A DNA stretch of 63,985 bases, counting the filler, from Choristocarpus tenellus KU-1152 (Eukaryota > Protista > Phaeophyceae): the NCBI GenBank assembly GCA_964200185.2. It is 8 parts of 8 records of this genome, joined end to end, with 100 filler letters (N's around TTAATTAATTAA, not from the genome) between each part and the next. Parts side by side here need not be neighbours in the genome. Positions count along the whole stretch, not along the records: positions 37,230 to 58,510 come from CAXNAD020000352.1; positions 58,611 to 61,363 come from CAXNAD020025037.1; positions 61,464 to 63,985 come from CAXNAD020027099.1; 5 more parts are not named here. The stretch is one strand, 5' to 3'. Positions within the stretch are counted from its first letter, which is position 1, and every line of letters starts with the position of its first letter. The notes beneath the pieces are model-generated. The model was not told where the DNA came from and searched no databases. It saw nothing but the letters and a program-made list of their open reading frames with translations. This document shows, one piece after another, positions 49,501 to 61,789 of the stretch. The translations under genes were made by a program, and so were the position numbers.

Positions 49501-51358
49501 CACGATAGCCAAAATTACATCAAAATCGCAACATTGGATTTTGACGCCCAAATGGACGCGGCTCTACCCTCTAAGATACTTTGACTGAAAAATCTCAGCA
49601 ATTATTATTTATTTCTATCTCATCTTTTCTGCTTCTCCCTCCCTTCTTTGACATACATGTGTGCATTGTCTGACTGCCAGATAGACGTTTCTGTGTACTT
49701 AAAAACGGCAGAGGATATCAAGGCTGCCCTGGTCTCGGATCTGTATGGTGTGGTGGTAGAAAACAATAGCAAACTGCTCCAGAAGAGGTTTGCAGAAGCC
49801 AGAGATCTGCTGGAAGTTGCAGGGGCATTACTGGATTGGCCAGCCCCCCTGATTGATAGGTGTGAACACTGTAGACTATGCCACAACCCAATGCACTGCA
49901 GGAAGTAGGAGCTTCTGATGGATTTCCTGGACTTTAGGATGAATCTTCTGAGTTTGTTGACCAGAAGATATACAAAGAATTATGTGCTGTATATAGAGTT
50001 GTATAATATGATATCCATGCATGGATGTGTCCACTGCTGTCTGCTATAATCTCTTTAAGATCCTGTGCCTTCAAGACTATTAGCTAGAGGAGATGTGATT
50101 GGTCGAGCAGTTTTTTTACTCACAGGAGTGAATCAAGGCCCACATGCCTCTTGAAGCTGCTTTGGACTGCTCCCTCCGATGGTGTCTCAGCAGGAAAGCA
50201 CCCTATAGTCCAGAGCCCAAATCAATGTATCTCGTTTTGAATGCATACTTCCTTAAACAGCACAACACTCACAATTATCGCCAAAACTCTATTCTGGCGC
50301 CCTGTTCACCTGGAACATGGGTGCAACAGATTTAAGGACAAGCACAGAGTTCTTAGCATCGGTTCATATGTCTCCACAGTATCAAGGGTTGGTCTATTGT
50401 GGACAATCGCAACTGGAGTGGTGGAGATCCTGGATATTATTCAAAAACGAGAAGGAGTGTTGAAGGCAAGTTTATTCCCAAGACAAAAAAGATTGAGAGT
50501 TGTGGAGACAATTGCATTAAGAGCAACAATTACATCAATGCAACAGACTGCTGAAATAGTACACTGAGCTAGCAGGACGCTTTCACCTCACAACTTCCCA
50601 CACCCCATCAATCATATGCCTATTGTAGTGTCGTATATTTCTTCATGGGATAATGGCAACTTTTTTCTACTGCTCATCATCATCCATGGCCTGTGGCAAC
50701 GTCAAGCTCTTCTGCAGCTACAATGAAGTGCCTGTCTACCATGTTATTTTGAGACCACACACAAATAGAACACCTATACTCAACACTTGAAAAGCATGCT
50801 ACTGCACGTTCTTTACTCTGCCACTCACTGCAGGACATCTGGGCAGTGCTACCTCCAACGGATCAGAGAGTTGCAGATAATATGGTCGCCAATGACAGAG
50901 ACACACTCTTGGACAAACGCCTGGAACTCAAGGAGCATACTTCGGCAGTTGCTGAGTCTGTTCTGGTTTGGATGAAGCTGGTGCCTTGGTGTGTTAATGT
51001 CCTCTATGGTGGAATCAACATTTTTTCTAAACTGCAAGCAGAGGAAGAGTGTGTACCTTGGCCACCAGACTCAAATCTTCCTGGCAACGTAAAAATACAT
51101 GAAGAAGGCACTCATACCCAGGACCGACAAGAGATTGTGATTGAACCAGTGGGAACTAGCAGTGACATTGCAGAGGCATCTACTTGTACGTTCAAGCCTA
51201 CTTCAGCCCATTTGGATGTTGACCCTACAGTAGTAGTAGCCTTGCACGGCGACATAGACCAAGATTCCAAAGGCATAAGGGACACAGCTGAGGCTTCACC
51301 AGAGGGAATGACATTGCCAGCGAGGCTGGTTATACCTTGTGGTCTCAACCCCAATTGA
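40551..51358 (+). CDS. Large multi-exon protein of unknown function
   Basis: Long ORFs at 40551-41929 and ~46853-48327, plus exon-like ORFs at ~43125-43470, 45485-45791, ~45975-46173, 48511-48586, 48976-49165, 49681-49859 and 50834-51358. The 48586/48976 junction is phase-compatible. Contains the motif FEGSRPGYVFKIEDQGLGYY. It could be two genes. Confidence 0.65.
48591..48847 (+). mobile_element. MITE family A inserted 4 nt after a splice donor
   Basis: CT|GTAC followed by GAGTTAAAGTATCTTAGAGGG...GGTACTTTCATTC. Confidence 0.9.
49325..49586 (-). mobile_element. MITE family A (intronic); one TIR carries TTAGGGTTAGGG; probable GAAA TSD
   Basis: GAAA|GAGTGAAAGTATC...GATACTTTGACT|GAAA, assuming the terminal C was lost. 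Confidence 0.92.
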
Positions 51359-52059
51359 TTGTCACACATAGCTATTTTAAGGTGTTTTTGTGGTATTAGT
51401 TACTCAGATGCCGACCTCTATATATTCAGTCGTGCAGAGCTTTCGAGCTCTCTCTATGTTTTCTGTTTTGTACATGACAGCGGACTGGGTGTTGTCTTGC
51501 TGCTTGACATTCCTTGTTCCTTTTTTTCCCTTACCCTCAACCTACACAACACAGCTTTGTTTAAATGTCAATATTAATGTTCTAGTAGTCATACTTGACT
51601 TACATGCAAGGTGATATGCACATAGCAAACAGGGCAATTAACACCTATTTTCTCCTCTCACAATATCAGTTCTTTCGACTCTCACCAGGTGTCGATGTAG
51701 AGGAGTAAGTGTAAAACTCTAAACGAAGATATACAATCGGAATTTATGTTCTGCTACGAATTTGTACGAATTATATATACTTGTGCAGCATGTAGGAGTG
51801 AAACAGATCATGGCGATTTACGTACACTTTATTATGCCCAGTGACATTTTGTTGAGGTTGTCATGTGGCAAAAAGGAGAAATAAAAAGCAATAAAACAAA
51901 AAAAGAAAACAGTAATAGTGTCTGTAAAAGAAAAAACACCAAGTATAGGATACAACAACACAAAACAGCAGTGCGTTAAATTCAAAGATTTACGGTGTTG
52001 AAGAAAACAAATACATCTACTATGTTTGCCCAACCAAACCTGTATCTCCAGTTTAAAAC

Positions 52060-53300
52060 AAATGACATATCTGGAGATTACTCCTTGAGCTGTTTGTAGC
52101 ACAATCTGTTGCGGGTATGCCTTCACTGCTCCCTTCGAAAAATATAGAACCTTCCGCCCCCCTACTTCTCACAACATGAGTCACCAACTCATCCATAAAT
52201 TGCTCTGCTCGTGTGCCTAGGAGCCCAAAGCTTTCCACTGTGACGGTGTTGAGGTTAAAACTAAGAGGGTCATGAGATCTAAGATGTTGAATACGATAAG
52301 GAAGCATGCAGGAAGTTTGAAAGTTGATGCCAGTTGTGGAGAAGTCCGACGTGTATGGTACTTTTAAGCTCTTCCCAAGGGGAGGAAACCCTCCCTGTTT
52401 TTTGTTCTTGTTCGCTCTATTGCAGCTGTTTTGGTTCTTTCCGGTCAACTGAAGCCAAGTGCGCATGACAAAGGCCTCCTTCCCGCGCGTCTGGAAGTAT
52501 ATGCACGTAAGTATGACGGCAACCCTATACCGCGTATATTATGTGCGTAAAAATGGTGTCCTTGCGTAGTTTACATCTTTGCGAAAGATCCTCTCTAGTG
52601 GTTGGACTTTCGGGTCTCAGCTGCAGCAGGAGGAGGGAGTGATGCCGTCGTTTGCTGATGATTGTTGGAGGTGGCAGCTTGGTTGAACCTTAACGAAGGC
52701 CGCATCTACAATTAAGCTATTTCCCCCTTCAGGAGTGGTGGCTGCATTAGAGAGGATCCCTACATAAAATACCGCTTCCGTAAGGAAATTGCTGGTTATG
52801 GTGAAGGGACTTCCATCCTCCATGGTGCAGAGGACACCTATCTAAATGTAGATGCTGCCCAGTCGCCCGATCATTGGTGAGTGTTGCTGCCATACTTGTC
52901 CTCCAACCCTGGGGCATGCATGAGCATGGCTAGTGTCCATCCCTTGTTGCCTACATCCAGCTACCGAGCAGTAATTGGATAGTGCCTTCTCCACTTCTAA
53001 TGACTGATTCACTTTGAGGCGAAATTCTGGAGAGGTATCTGCGATACTGACTTAAGGGGTTGTTGAGTGATTGGCCAAGCAAATCTTAGTGCGCCTTGCC
53101 CACACTGACCCGAGTGACAAGCTTAAGCCATTACACAAAACTCCCAACCAGTTTGGGGTCTGTTGGGAGGTTTTTCACCTGGTATCGGAAGGAATAAAAG
53201 CAGACTCGGACGGGGAGGTGGGTGACCCATCTCGGTTTCCTCCCTCTATCGTTTCCAACCAGGATGTGGACTTCTGAAGGTTGCCTGTTAGGGGATGTAT
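52060..53300 (-). mobile_element. Decayed non-LTR retrotransposon 3' end with a restriction-like endonuclease (CRE-like), interrupted at ~52320-52580
   Basis: EDGSPF...SLIVDAAF..P..HLQ.SS..DG, then FNLNTVTVESFGLLGTRAEQFMDELVTHVV and QIVLQTAQGVISR. This fits the RLE motif (..VESFGRLG) with stops and frameshifts. Confidence 0.7.
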
Positions 53301-53904
53301 TACCCAGTACATAATTCCAACATACTGACAATAGTAAGTACTCACTAAGTATACCTCGAGTATTTTTTGTTGCTCGTTTTTCCGCCTTTCATTGTACTGA
53401 GTATAGCATTGCTACTACTGGAGTATTTCGTCGTATAATATTAAATTAATCGTATCATGGGCAGGAACCTACAATAGAAGCTATAAAATACGCCAGGGTG
53501 ACAGCTCTATTGACAGAGCTCGGCCTACCTAGAGGTCCAGACCTAGAGAGAGAGGTAGTGGTATGTACTACAGAGTACTTGGTACTATTAAAACGAAGTG
53601 TAATACTTTGAAGTAGATACTTTGGTATATAGAATTCCAGAATTCAATATGTTAATATGAATATTAATGCCCTATTATTTTGAGTACTCCATTATGTGTA
53701 GTAGTTAATTTTTTTAGTAGTATTACTATGGTATAATACTATAATACTGATACTTACATACTAAGTATAATAGTGTAATAGTACATAAACCATTCAAAAC
53801 ATAGGGTTCTTTTTTTTTTCTTTGCGTGGCATTAATTGGAAATGATCCTCATCTCTGGTCAGAAACACCACGCTGCATATTGCACTCCTTCTCATACTTT
53901 TTTA

Positions 53905-54289
53905 AGTGTTTCACCCAGCAAGCTTGTAAAGGGGTGTCACTCTCTCGAGTGAAATCCGACCTTGATTATACCTGTTTCGTTTGGGCTGGTAAAAATGATA
54001 TCCCATCACACTATGTTGCGACAGGGGAGTCTCCAATATGAGTTTATGGCATTGCCGTTGCTCTGTCAGGAGTGATGTTCATCCTACTGTATGTCCAGTG
54101 TTTCACCCAGCAAGCTTGTAAAGGGGTGTCACTCTCTCGAGTGAAATCCGACCTTGATCATACCTGTTTCGTTTGGGCTGGAAAAAAATGATATCCCATC
54201 ACACTATGTTGCGACAGGGGAGTCTCCCATATGAGTTTATGGCATTGCCGTTGCTCTGTTAGGAGTGATGTTCATCCTACTGTATGTCC
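53905..54289. repeat. Near-perfect 192-bp tandem duplication
   Basis: 53905-54096 and 54097-54289 differ at only about 5 positions. Confidence 0.97.
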
Positions 54290-54764
54290 GTAGCAGGGGA
54301 GTGTGTCATGCAACCTATCTATGAACTATTAAAACCAACTAACACTTCCGAACTAACTGTTAAACTATACAACTAATTGTACTTCCTCTGTTCCTGCCTT
54401 TCTTTTGCTTCACGCATCCCCAGCTAATTTTCCTGGACCTCAAGCTTTACATCTTGATCTTTAGTATATATATTTTTTGTGTCATACAAGACTTTTTGTA
54501 GAGGTACACGTACACAACAATCTCTTGTGACTGACAAGTAGAACTTTCCATCGAAACCACGTTTTGGGAGAAGAAGTCTGACGTCGAAGAGGTTCGAACC
54601 CTCTAAATATCTCGGGTAACTGATCCTCGTTATGGAAAGATGTGGATACGGTATCACTTCGTGTACTATACCTTTTTTTGCTATGAATACTACCTACTAC
54701 TTGGACTATGCTTCGAATGAAACGCTGAGCACTACTTTCCAAATCGGTGTTTCTTTGGACAACC

Positions 54765-57700
54765 ATGGGCAACACCGCAAATAGCGATGCTTCCACCAAG
54801 GCTGGAGGGGGACCTCCTTGCCAGTGTGTACCAATTTGTGCCTCCTTGTCCTTGTGGGACAATTGTAGTCGGCGTTTGGAGACCCACTCCCTAGAATCGC
54901 ATGCAAGGAACTCTAGGTGGACATCGACTGCCCATAAGGTCGACTCGGGAGTACCTTGCAGTGAAAAGGAGGAGTGCATGGCGAGAGGGGTCTTGTCGGA
55001 CACTCGTGTTCCCTGGAGCGCAGTCGATCTTCGAGCAGTCGAGATCCTTATTTATCGACACGGGTTTAAAAACGATCTGCACGAAGCTGAGTTGGGCATA
55101 TTCGACGTCCGTGGATCACATCGACGTTGTGGAGAAATCAACGCGGACAGTCAGACATTTCCTGGAAGGTTGCGAAGTCTTGCTCTACTTTTGCACACTC
55201 GCCTACAATATTTACGTGCCAAGCAAATGGTGTACGAATCATCAGCAATAGACTTGGAGCGGAGCCCAAATGGGGAAGACTTGATACAAGGGCAATGGAG
55301 AAGGAAGATGCCATTGTTGACCCTAAGCTCAAAAATAGGTATCCGCTTGTTCATCCGGCTACTTGGGTCTCTGAAAAGAAAAAACAACACAAAAGGAATC
55401 CTCAAGTTGATTAAGCAAGTTCCTGCTTTACTAGTGGCCATGCCTCCTTTGGGCCTTTTGCCGGAACTGGTGCCTGATTCGAGGCTGCCACAATTAGGGA
55501 TCGAAGATCCCGCTGACGAGTCTGTGCGCAATCCATTGATGGGCCAATGGGAAGATGAGGACGTTGGCGGGGTAACAGATGCTATTATGTCGGCAGCAGT
55601 GGAGCTGATGGACAAGCCACAGCAGCTGACAACCCAGGAACAAAGTTCTGTATTAACCACCATCGTGGGACTGGCAATAAAGAGAGGCTCCCTGAGCCAC
55701 ATCCTCAGGGCTTTGCAGCTTCTCCTGTGTCCGAAAGATGTGTCGAGCGCCCCTGCTGTAATGCTTGATGCAGGGAAATATCTCAAGGTTAGATCCAACC
55801 GTTTATTCTTACCCAGCATTGTGCATTGATGTATTAGTCTCACGCGGCTGCATGCCCATGTTCTTACCTCCATTGATGGCCTTGCAGTCTGGAGCAGAAA
55901 CATCTGGATATCAAATATGCCTGATGGGGGATATATAGCGCGATGGAAAATAATTTGAAAAGGAGTATTACAATGATTCGAAAGGCCAACGTTGTTTGAG
56001 TCAGACCTATCTTGACGATTTGTTGAAACCGACAGGAACTTGAGTCTGCTGTCCCACGCCTACTCCAAGGATCTGACCTGGGCACAGTGAATTTCTCCAG
56101 GGAAGACTTGAACAAAGCTAGCGGGGATAGTGCTTGGGGTACATCATCTTTCATTAAAGAGGTGCCATGAAGATTCCGTTTCCTAGCAGTTGCATGAATT
56201 TCAATAGCACAAATAGAACAACAAGAGGAAACTTCCTCATTTTGCTAACCCATTGTGCAGACCTGCAACTGTCATTTTATCTCACCACCTGCCCTCCAAC
56301 TACGTCTCCATCTCTTAGAATCAAACTTGTTCTACAGACTGTTTGACAGCCACTGAATCCTCTCACTTTTAGCATTTCATATCATGTATAAATATCCAAC
56401 TCCTACAAGTTTTTGTTACCCATAATGTCCCCTCTTGGACTGAAGCAAGATGGAGTAGAAAACGAACATATTCCACCATGCTTGCAGCTGTGCTACGAAT
56501 ACTAGCTCAAAGAAAAACTTGACATCATTAAGGCCTTGACAGCCTAATACCAGACATTCTCTCCCTCCAAATCTCTAATCGCTGTCATCCTTCTGAAGAG
56601 GGGTATGAGGGGTTTGGGTTGTACTCTGGTCCACAGCAGGGGTTTTCCAGAGAGATCTGTGGAAGAGAGAGTGAAGGATATCCCAATCGTCAAGGTATGC
56701 ACTTCTGATTAGTATTTTAGATGTACTGGCTGTTAGTGTTAGCTCAAATAAATGGTTTGTCTTGAGGTTTCCACGCCCATTTCAAAGTTTCTAAAAGACT
56801 TTATCAAGGCCACGGCTCAGACTTCCTTCATGCCACTAACGCGTTAGCGAGGCAGTTCTCTATTATCGCAGAGCACATGTCATAGTAGGGGTTATGAGTG
56901 TGTGTAAAGAGGCAGCTCCCAGCCAAAGGGAGTACAAAATTGTGAGTGGCGTTTTGTGATGGAAGAGCCAAGTCTTTGCACCAAAGAGTACAACACAGAG
57001 TTTGGACCTGCACCAACAGAGGCAACGTATCCCTTTTTCTATTGTGAACATTACAGCACAATGGTAAACAGAGGTCTGTGTGGCAGATATATTACCAGCA
57101 GCTACTAAGTTAATCAAATTGCACAATGATTGGTTTCTAGTTCTATAGATACAGCCTTTCTCGCATAAAGTTCTCTACCATTATTCATAGTAGTTACTGA
57201 GCACCCTACTTATACAGGAACGAGAAAGAGTTGAATTCCGATAGATATGGATTTTGACGGGAAATAAGCAATGCTAGGTTGTTCTTATGCATCCCATTAT
57301 TGGAATGTTTTGGCATTCCTCTAATCGCCCCCCTGCCATGTGTCCTTAGGTCTACTCCTCCTCTCTAGATCATGCGGTGATCACTGCTCGGGGTGAACTC
57401 CTCATCTGGGGCCGTGATGATACCTGTACTGGGCAAGGTGGAGCAGGCACAAAGGCTGATGAACGCACGGATCTCTTTGCTGGTAGAAGCACTAGCCACA
57501 ATTGTGCTTGGCATGGAGCAACAGGAACTGCATGGGGCGTTGTGAATGAAGTCCAAGGGTGTGGGTGCATTGGGTGTTGCGACTCTGTACCAAGTCAACA
57601 TGAGGACTTTGAAAAAGTGCATACCAGCGTATTGCGTGTGCTGGCCGATAAACCTGCCGTGGCTGATGTAGCCTGTGGACTGGTGCACTCCCTTGCATTG

Positions 57701-58510
57701 CTCATCACCGGACAGGTATGCATGACTTGGTCATCAAATTGGTCCAATTGTGTGTATGTCGCTGAATTGCTAGCATTTCTTTTGTTGTGAGTCCAGCACA
57801 TATACCATCCTACTCTGTTTGTACCCGAACCACTACAAAATTTATCATTCCCCACCTACCCTCATCACCTCTATCTTATCGTGTCATTTGAACCAGGTGT
57901 TCTCTTGGGGCTGCGGGAGCAACGGGCAACTCGGGATTGGTGATATCAAGGACCGCCAACCGGCTTGTCCAATATTGGCACTAAGGGGAGTTGAGGTGGT
58001 GGGGGTATTCTGTGGAGCTTCGCACTCCCTGGCCATCACCTCCACCGGTTTCTCTTATGCATGGGGAAAGAACAATCAAGGCCAGTGTGGTCAGGGAGGT
58101 TCCCCCCCATCAGACCAGGTGAGGAATAAACAGGACCTGAGTCTCACCACTTTAGATGGTGATATGTCCAAATGACTACAAGAACCGACCAACTAAAGGA
58201 TAGACTAAAGCTTTTCAGCCAATAGGTGTTTGGTGAGCAAAGTAGAAGAGGAAAGAGCACTGTATAGGAGGTATTCATGGAGGGTAATCTCCGTCTATTG
58301 TGATGGTTTCACACAATACGCACAGATCTGGCTGACAAGCCACTTTCGTATGCCCTGTTTGCTCCAGCTTTCACCAGTTGAAGTAGAAGGCTTACAATCT
58401 TGCCAAGTGACATCCATGGCTGGGGGCTGGGAGCACAGCCTTGCGCTGACTCATGATGGACAGGTACATAGCTTTGGGGGTGGGCGAAGGGACTGCAACT
58501 CAAGGCACTC
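54765..58510 (+). CDS. HERC1/HERC2-like large RCC1-repeat protein (5' part; truncated by gap)
   Basis: Exon 54765-55787 has IVGLAIKRGSLSHILRALQLLL, like the HERC1/2 N-terminal LA.QRG(S/T)L motif. RCC1 repeats follow: VACGLVHSLAL-GQVFSWGCGSNGQLG, CGASHSLA..WGKNNQGQCG and AGGWEHSLAL. No HECT domain is seen in the window. Confidence 0.85.
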
Positions 58511-58610
58511 NNNNNNNNNNNNNNNNNNNNNNNNNNNNNNNNNNNNNNNNNNNNTTAATTAATTAANNNNNNNNNNNNNNNNNNNNNNNNNNNNNNNNNN
58601 NNNNNNNNNN
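58511..58610. other. Artificial contig linker
   Basis: 44 N + TTAATTAATTAA + 44 N. Confidence 0.98.
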
Positions 58611-59413
58611 GGGTTGTTGAAATAATTTTTTTTTTAATACAAGATGATAAAAAAAAAAGCAGTGTCGGTTTTGCACACCATGTGCATTATTCTTTTTTTT
58701 TTCCCCTGTAATTTATTTTATTTTTCTGACACGGCGGGTTATTGTCCGTAGTGTTGCATAGGGTGCTTTTGCTCTTAGGGCCACTTCCACTCTCCCTTGA
58801 ATTTGTATGTTATGTTATGTTATGTTATGTTATGTTATGTTGCAGTGTTTATCTGCACCTTATGACTGGGGACCTAGGAATCTAGCTCGACCTCACCTCG
58901 ACCCCACAAGTGGTCAGAGGCACCAAGGCAACACACCACTTCTCCTCAAGTACAAAGTAGACCAATACGGTACAACCATCTGCAGTTTCTTTCTTTCTTT
59001 CTTTCTTTTTTTTTTCCCCCTCCAGTGGGTAAACTGTTTTTTTTGTTTTTTTTTAGTCTATCTCACCGGTCGTCGCTCTACCTCCCTCAAATATCGGGCC
59101 CTTCTCACCCCGGTGCAATGGAGGCGTTGCCGCTGCAATTCAGGCATTTGTCCTTTTTTTTTCTTTCTCTGGTTTAGTGACTGGCATGGCAGAGGGCACA
59201 GGTGTACCTTTTCTTGTCCCGCCTGTCACTCCGTCCGCTGAGATCATACTCTTATTAACATGTCTTTCCTCTTGGTGGAGCCAAATATCCACATGCATAG
59301 TACCAATACACTCTTGTTACATATATATATATATATATATGGAGTGTCTGTCTATGTATTATTTACAGGCATTCATATACTGGGGTTATTGTGTGATTTT
59401 TGTCTTGCTCTCA

Positions 59414-60496
59414 GGGAGGACAGTCTTGCAGAGGAGAAGGAGCGTGCCAAGCTAGAGGTTTTGACTCGGTCGTTCCAGCAGGTGCATTCATCGCCTACTA
59501 GGGAATAGGAGTTCCATTTTTTGGTAGGTTGGACGCAGACAGTTGTTGGTGTTATTGCTCTTGATGGGGTTGAGGGTAGGGTCTAGGGCGTTCACTGTGC
59601 TGAGTGGGGGTTTGATGTTGTTTGATGTTGTTTGAAGCTCTTACGGTGGATTGGACAGGCGTTTGCATGTAGGGGTCGTAATTTTTTTTGTTTTTGTGTA
59701 AATTGTCTGTACATACTGGGTATACTTGTTTTTGTTGTTGGGGTAGGTACGTGGACACATACACACACACACGCCTGCATACATAATATGTGATAAGAGA
59801 TAATGTGGACAGCCCTGTAATCCGCTTCAAGAGACATGGTTCTTTGGTGGTTGTGATTATCTTTTTTCGTTGTTGGCGTGTTAGTTCAAGAGACATGACT
59901 TTTCAGTTTCTTGTTGGTGTGGGCTATGTTAGTTCAAGACTTGGTGGTTGTAGTTCAAGGTATGTTAGAGTAGTGGTAGTGGTAATGGTAATACTATTAG
60001 AGTTAGTAGTAGTAGTAGTAGTAGTAATAGCAGTAGTAGTAATAGTGATAGTAATATTAATAGTAATAATAATAGCAATAGTAGTAATAATAGCAATGGT
60101 TATAGTGATGGTAACAGTAATGGTAATAATAGTAATAATAATAGCAATGGTTATGGTGATAGTAATAGCAATAGCAACAGCAATAGTAATAGCAATAGCA
60201 ATAGAAAGAGGATGTTGGGTGTGCCTTAGTTAGGGTTCTTCTGACTGTTTGAATCTCATTCAATGTTCTCGAGGGGGTTGGGGTGCTCACGCCAGTCACT
60301 CTGTTGACCTCATCCCGACCTCTACCCCTAAGTACACCACTTTACACTTGACAACTTGACACTTGACAACTGATTGTGAGATGTTGTGTGCATGTTCTCA
60401 AGGCGGAGGCTGATAGGCTGATGCTGGTCAATCGAGCATCTGCATTGGAAAGTCAGCTGGAGGAGGCGAGGACCCTAGTCCGTGAGCAGGAGGATG
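59414..60496 (+). CDS. Two short coiled-coil exons of an unidentified gene
   Basis: EDSLAEEKERAKLEVLTRSFQQ|gt (59414-59481) and AEADRLMLVNRASALESQLEEARTLVREQED|gt (~60403-60496), both with plausible splice sites. Confidence 0.5.
59965..60205. repeat. Compound (TAG/TAA/TGG/CAA)n microsatellite
   Basis: Direct inspection. Confidence 0.93.
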
Positions 60497-60517
60497 GTGA
60501 GAGGGGTTACGGAGACT

Positions 60518-60557
<40 letters not shown>

Positions 60558-61238
60558 AATGTTTTTTTTTTGTTATCTATTTTTTTTTTTTATTATGTAT
60601 AAGAACGCGTCCATACCTAGATAGAGTATGATGACTATACCTTTTTTCATATTTGAAAAAAAAAGTATGTACCTTTTATCGTCATTATTTGCATCTTTTT
60701 TTATTTATTTATTTATTTATTGCAGTCGAGTGGTACTGTTGTTTGTCTAAGAATATGATAAGAGACCGCTGACACGCGAGAGAGAGACTAAGAATTAAAA
60801 AAAAATAGTGTGTAATGTTTCTATCGACTACTGGAGTAACATCTACCCAACTGGTTGACTCTTGGTACTCGTGATGGTATTGTAAATTAATTGGCGTGCG
60901 TAACTATTTTTTGGTCTGCTGTGTCACTTTTTTTTTTGACGGGGAGGGAGGGGGTACCGTTTCTAGGGGAAGATACTCTGTTTTTATCTTTATTATTATT
61001 AATATATTATTATTATTATTATTATTATCATCATCATTTCATTGTGTGTTTTTTTGTTGGATATCAGTAATGATAAGTGTTGCTACTGTGTGTGTGGGGT
61101 GATCGGGGAGTGCGGTTGCAGTGGGAAAATAAAAATAAAATAAAATAGAATAAAATGGAGGTGAGCATCCTTGCTCTTTCCTAATTTAAATATTTTGGTG
61201 TTACGTTTTTTGTCCTAACCCTAACCCTAATCCTATGG

Positions 61239-61362
61239 CATACATACACACATACACATATAGACAAACACACACATAAACACATGTGCATAAGCATACA
61301 CATACACAAACATACACATACATACACACACATACATACATACATACATACATACATACATA
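61239..61362. repeat. (CATA/CA)n microsatellite
   Basis: Direct inspection; it ends at the gap. Confidence 0.93.
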
Positions 61363-61363
61363 A

Positions 61364-61463
61364 NNNNNNNNNNNNNNNNNNNNNNNNNNNNNNNNNNNNN
61401 NNNNNNNTTAATTAATTAANNNNNNNNNNNNNNNNNNNNNNNNNNNNNNNNNNNNNNNNNNNN
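61364..61463. other. Artificial contig linker
   Basis: 44 N + TTAATTAATTAA + 44 N. Confidence 0.98.
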
Positions 61464-61486
61464 CCTCCCCCCAGATACTTTGGGTC
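61464..61486 (-). mobile_element. MITE family B terminus at a contig start
   Basis: CCCCCCAGATACTTTGGGTC. Confidence 0.75.
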
Positions 61487-61789
61487 ATAACCAGTACCAC
61501 AAGTACTTGAGAAATATAGTATTGTACTGGTTCAAAGGGTAGTCGGAGGATAACAAGTACCGCAAATACTTGGAGAAATGTAGTACTATATAGTCCTATA
61601 CAGAACCAAAAAACCAAGATGACAATGGATAGAGATTAGCTCATCGAACCCAAGTCAAAGGACCAAACGAGGAAATCAACATTCAACAGACAGTAGGAAT
61701 CTTTAAAAAAAAATAGTCAGTGGGCATGCGGTCTAATCTGCTCCTGCTGCTTTAGCTACTGGTTCAGCATGACGATCGTCAGCTATCAC

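Noticed and set aside
53905-54289. Pair of LTRs
   Set aside because: The copies are directly adjacent, with no internal region, PBS/PPT or TSD seen.
55151-55903. 250-aa minus-strand ORF
   Set aside because: It is the antisense shadow of the first HERC-like exon.
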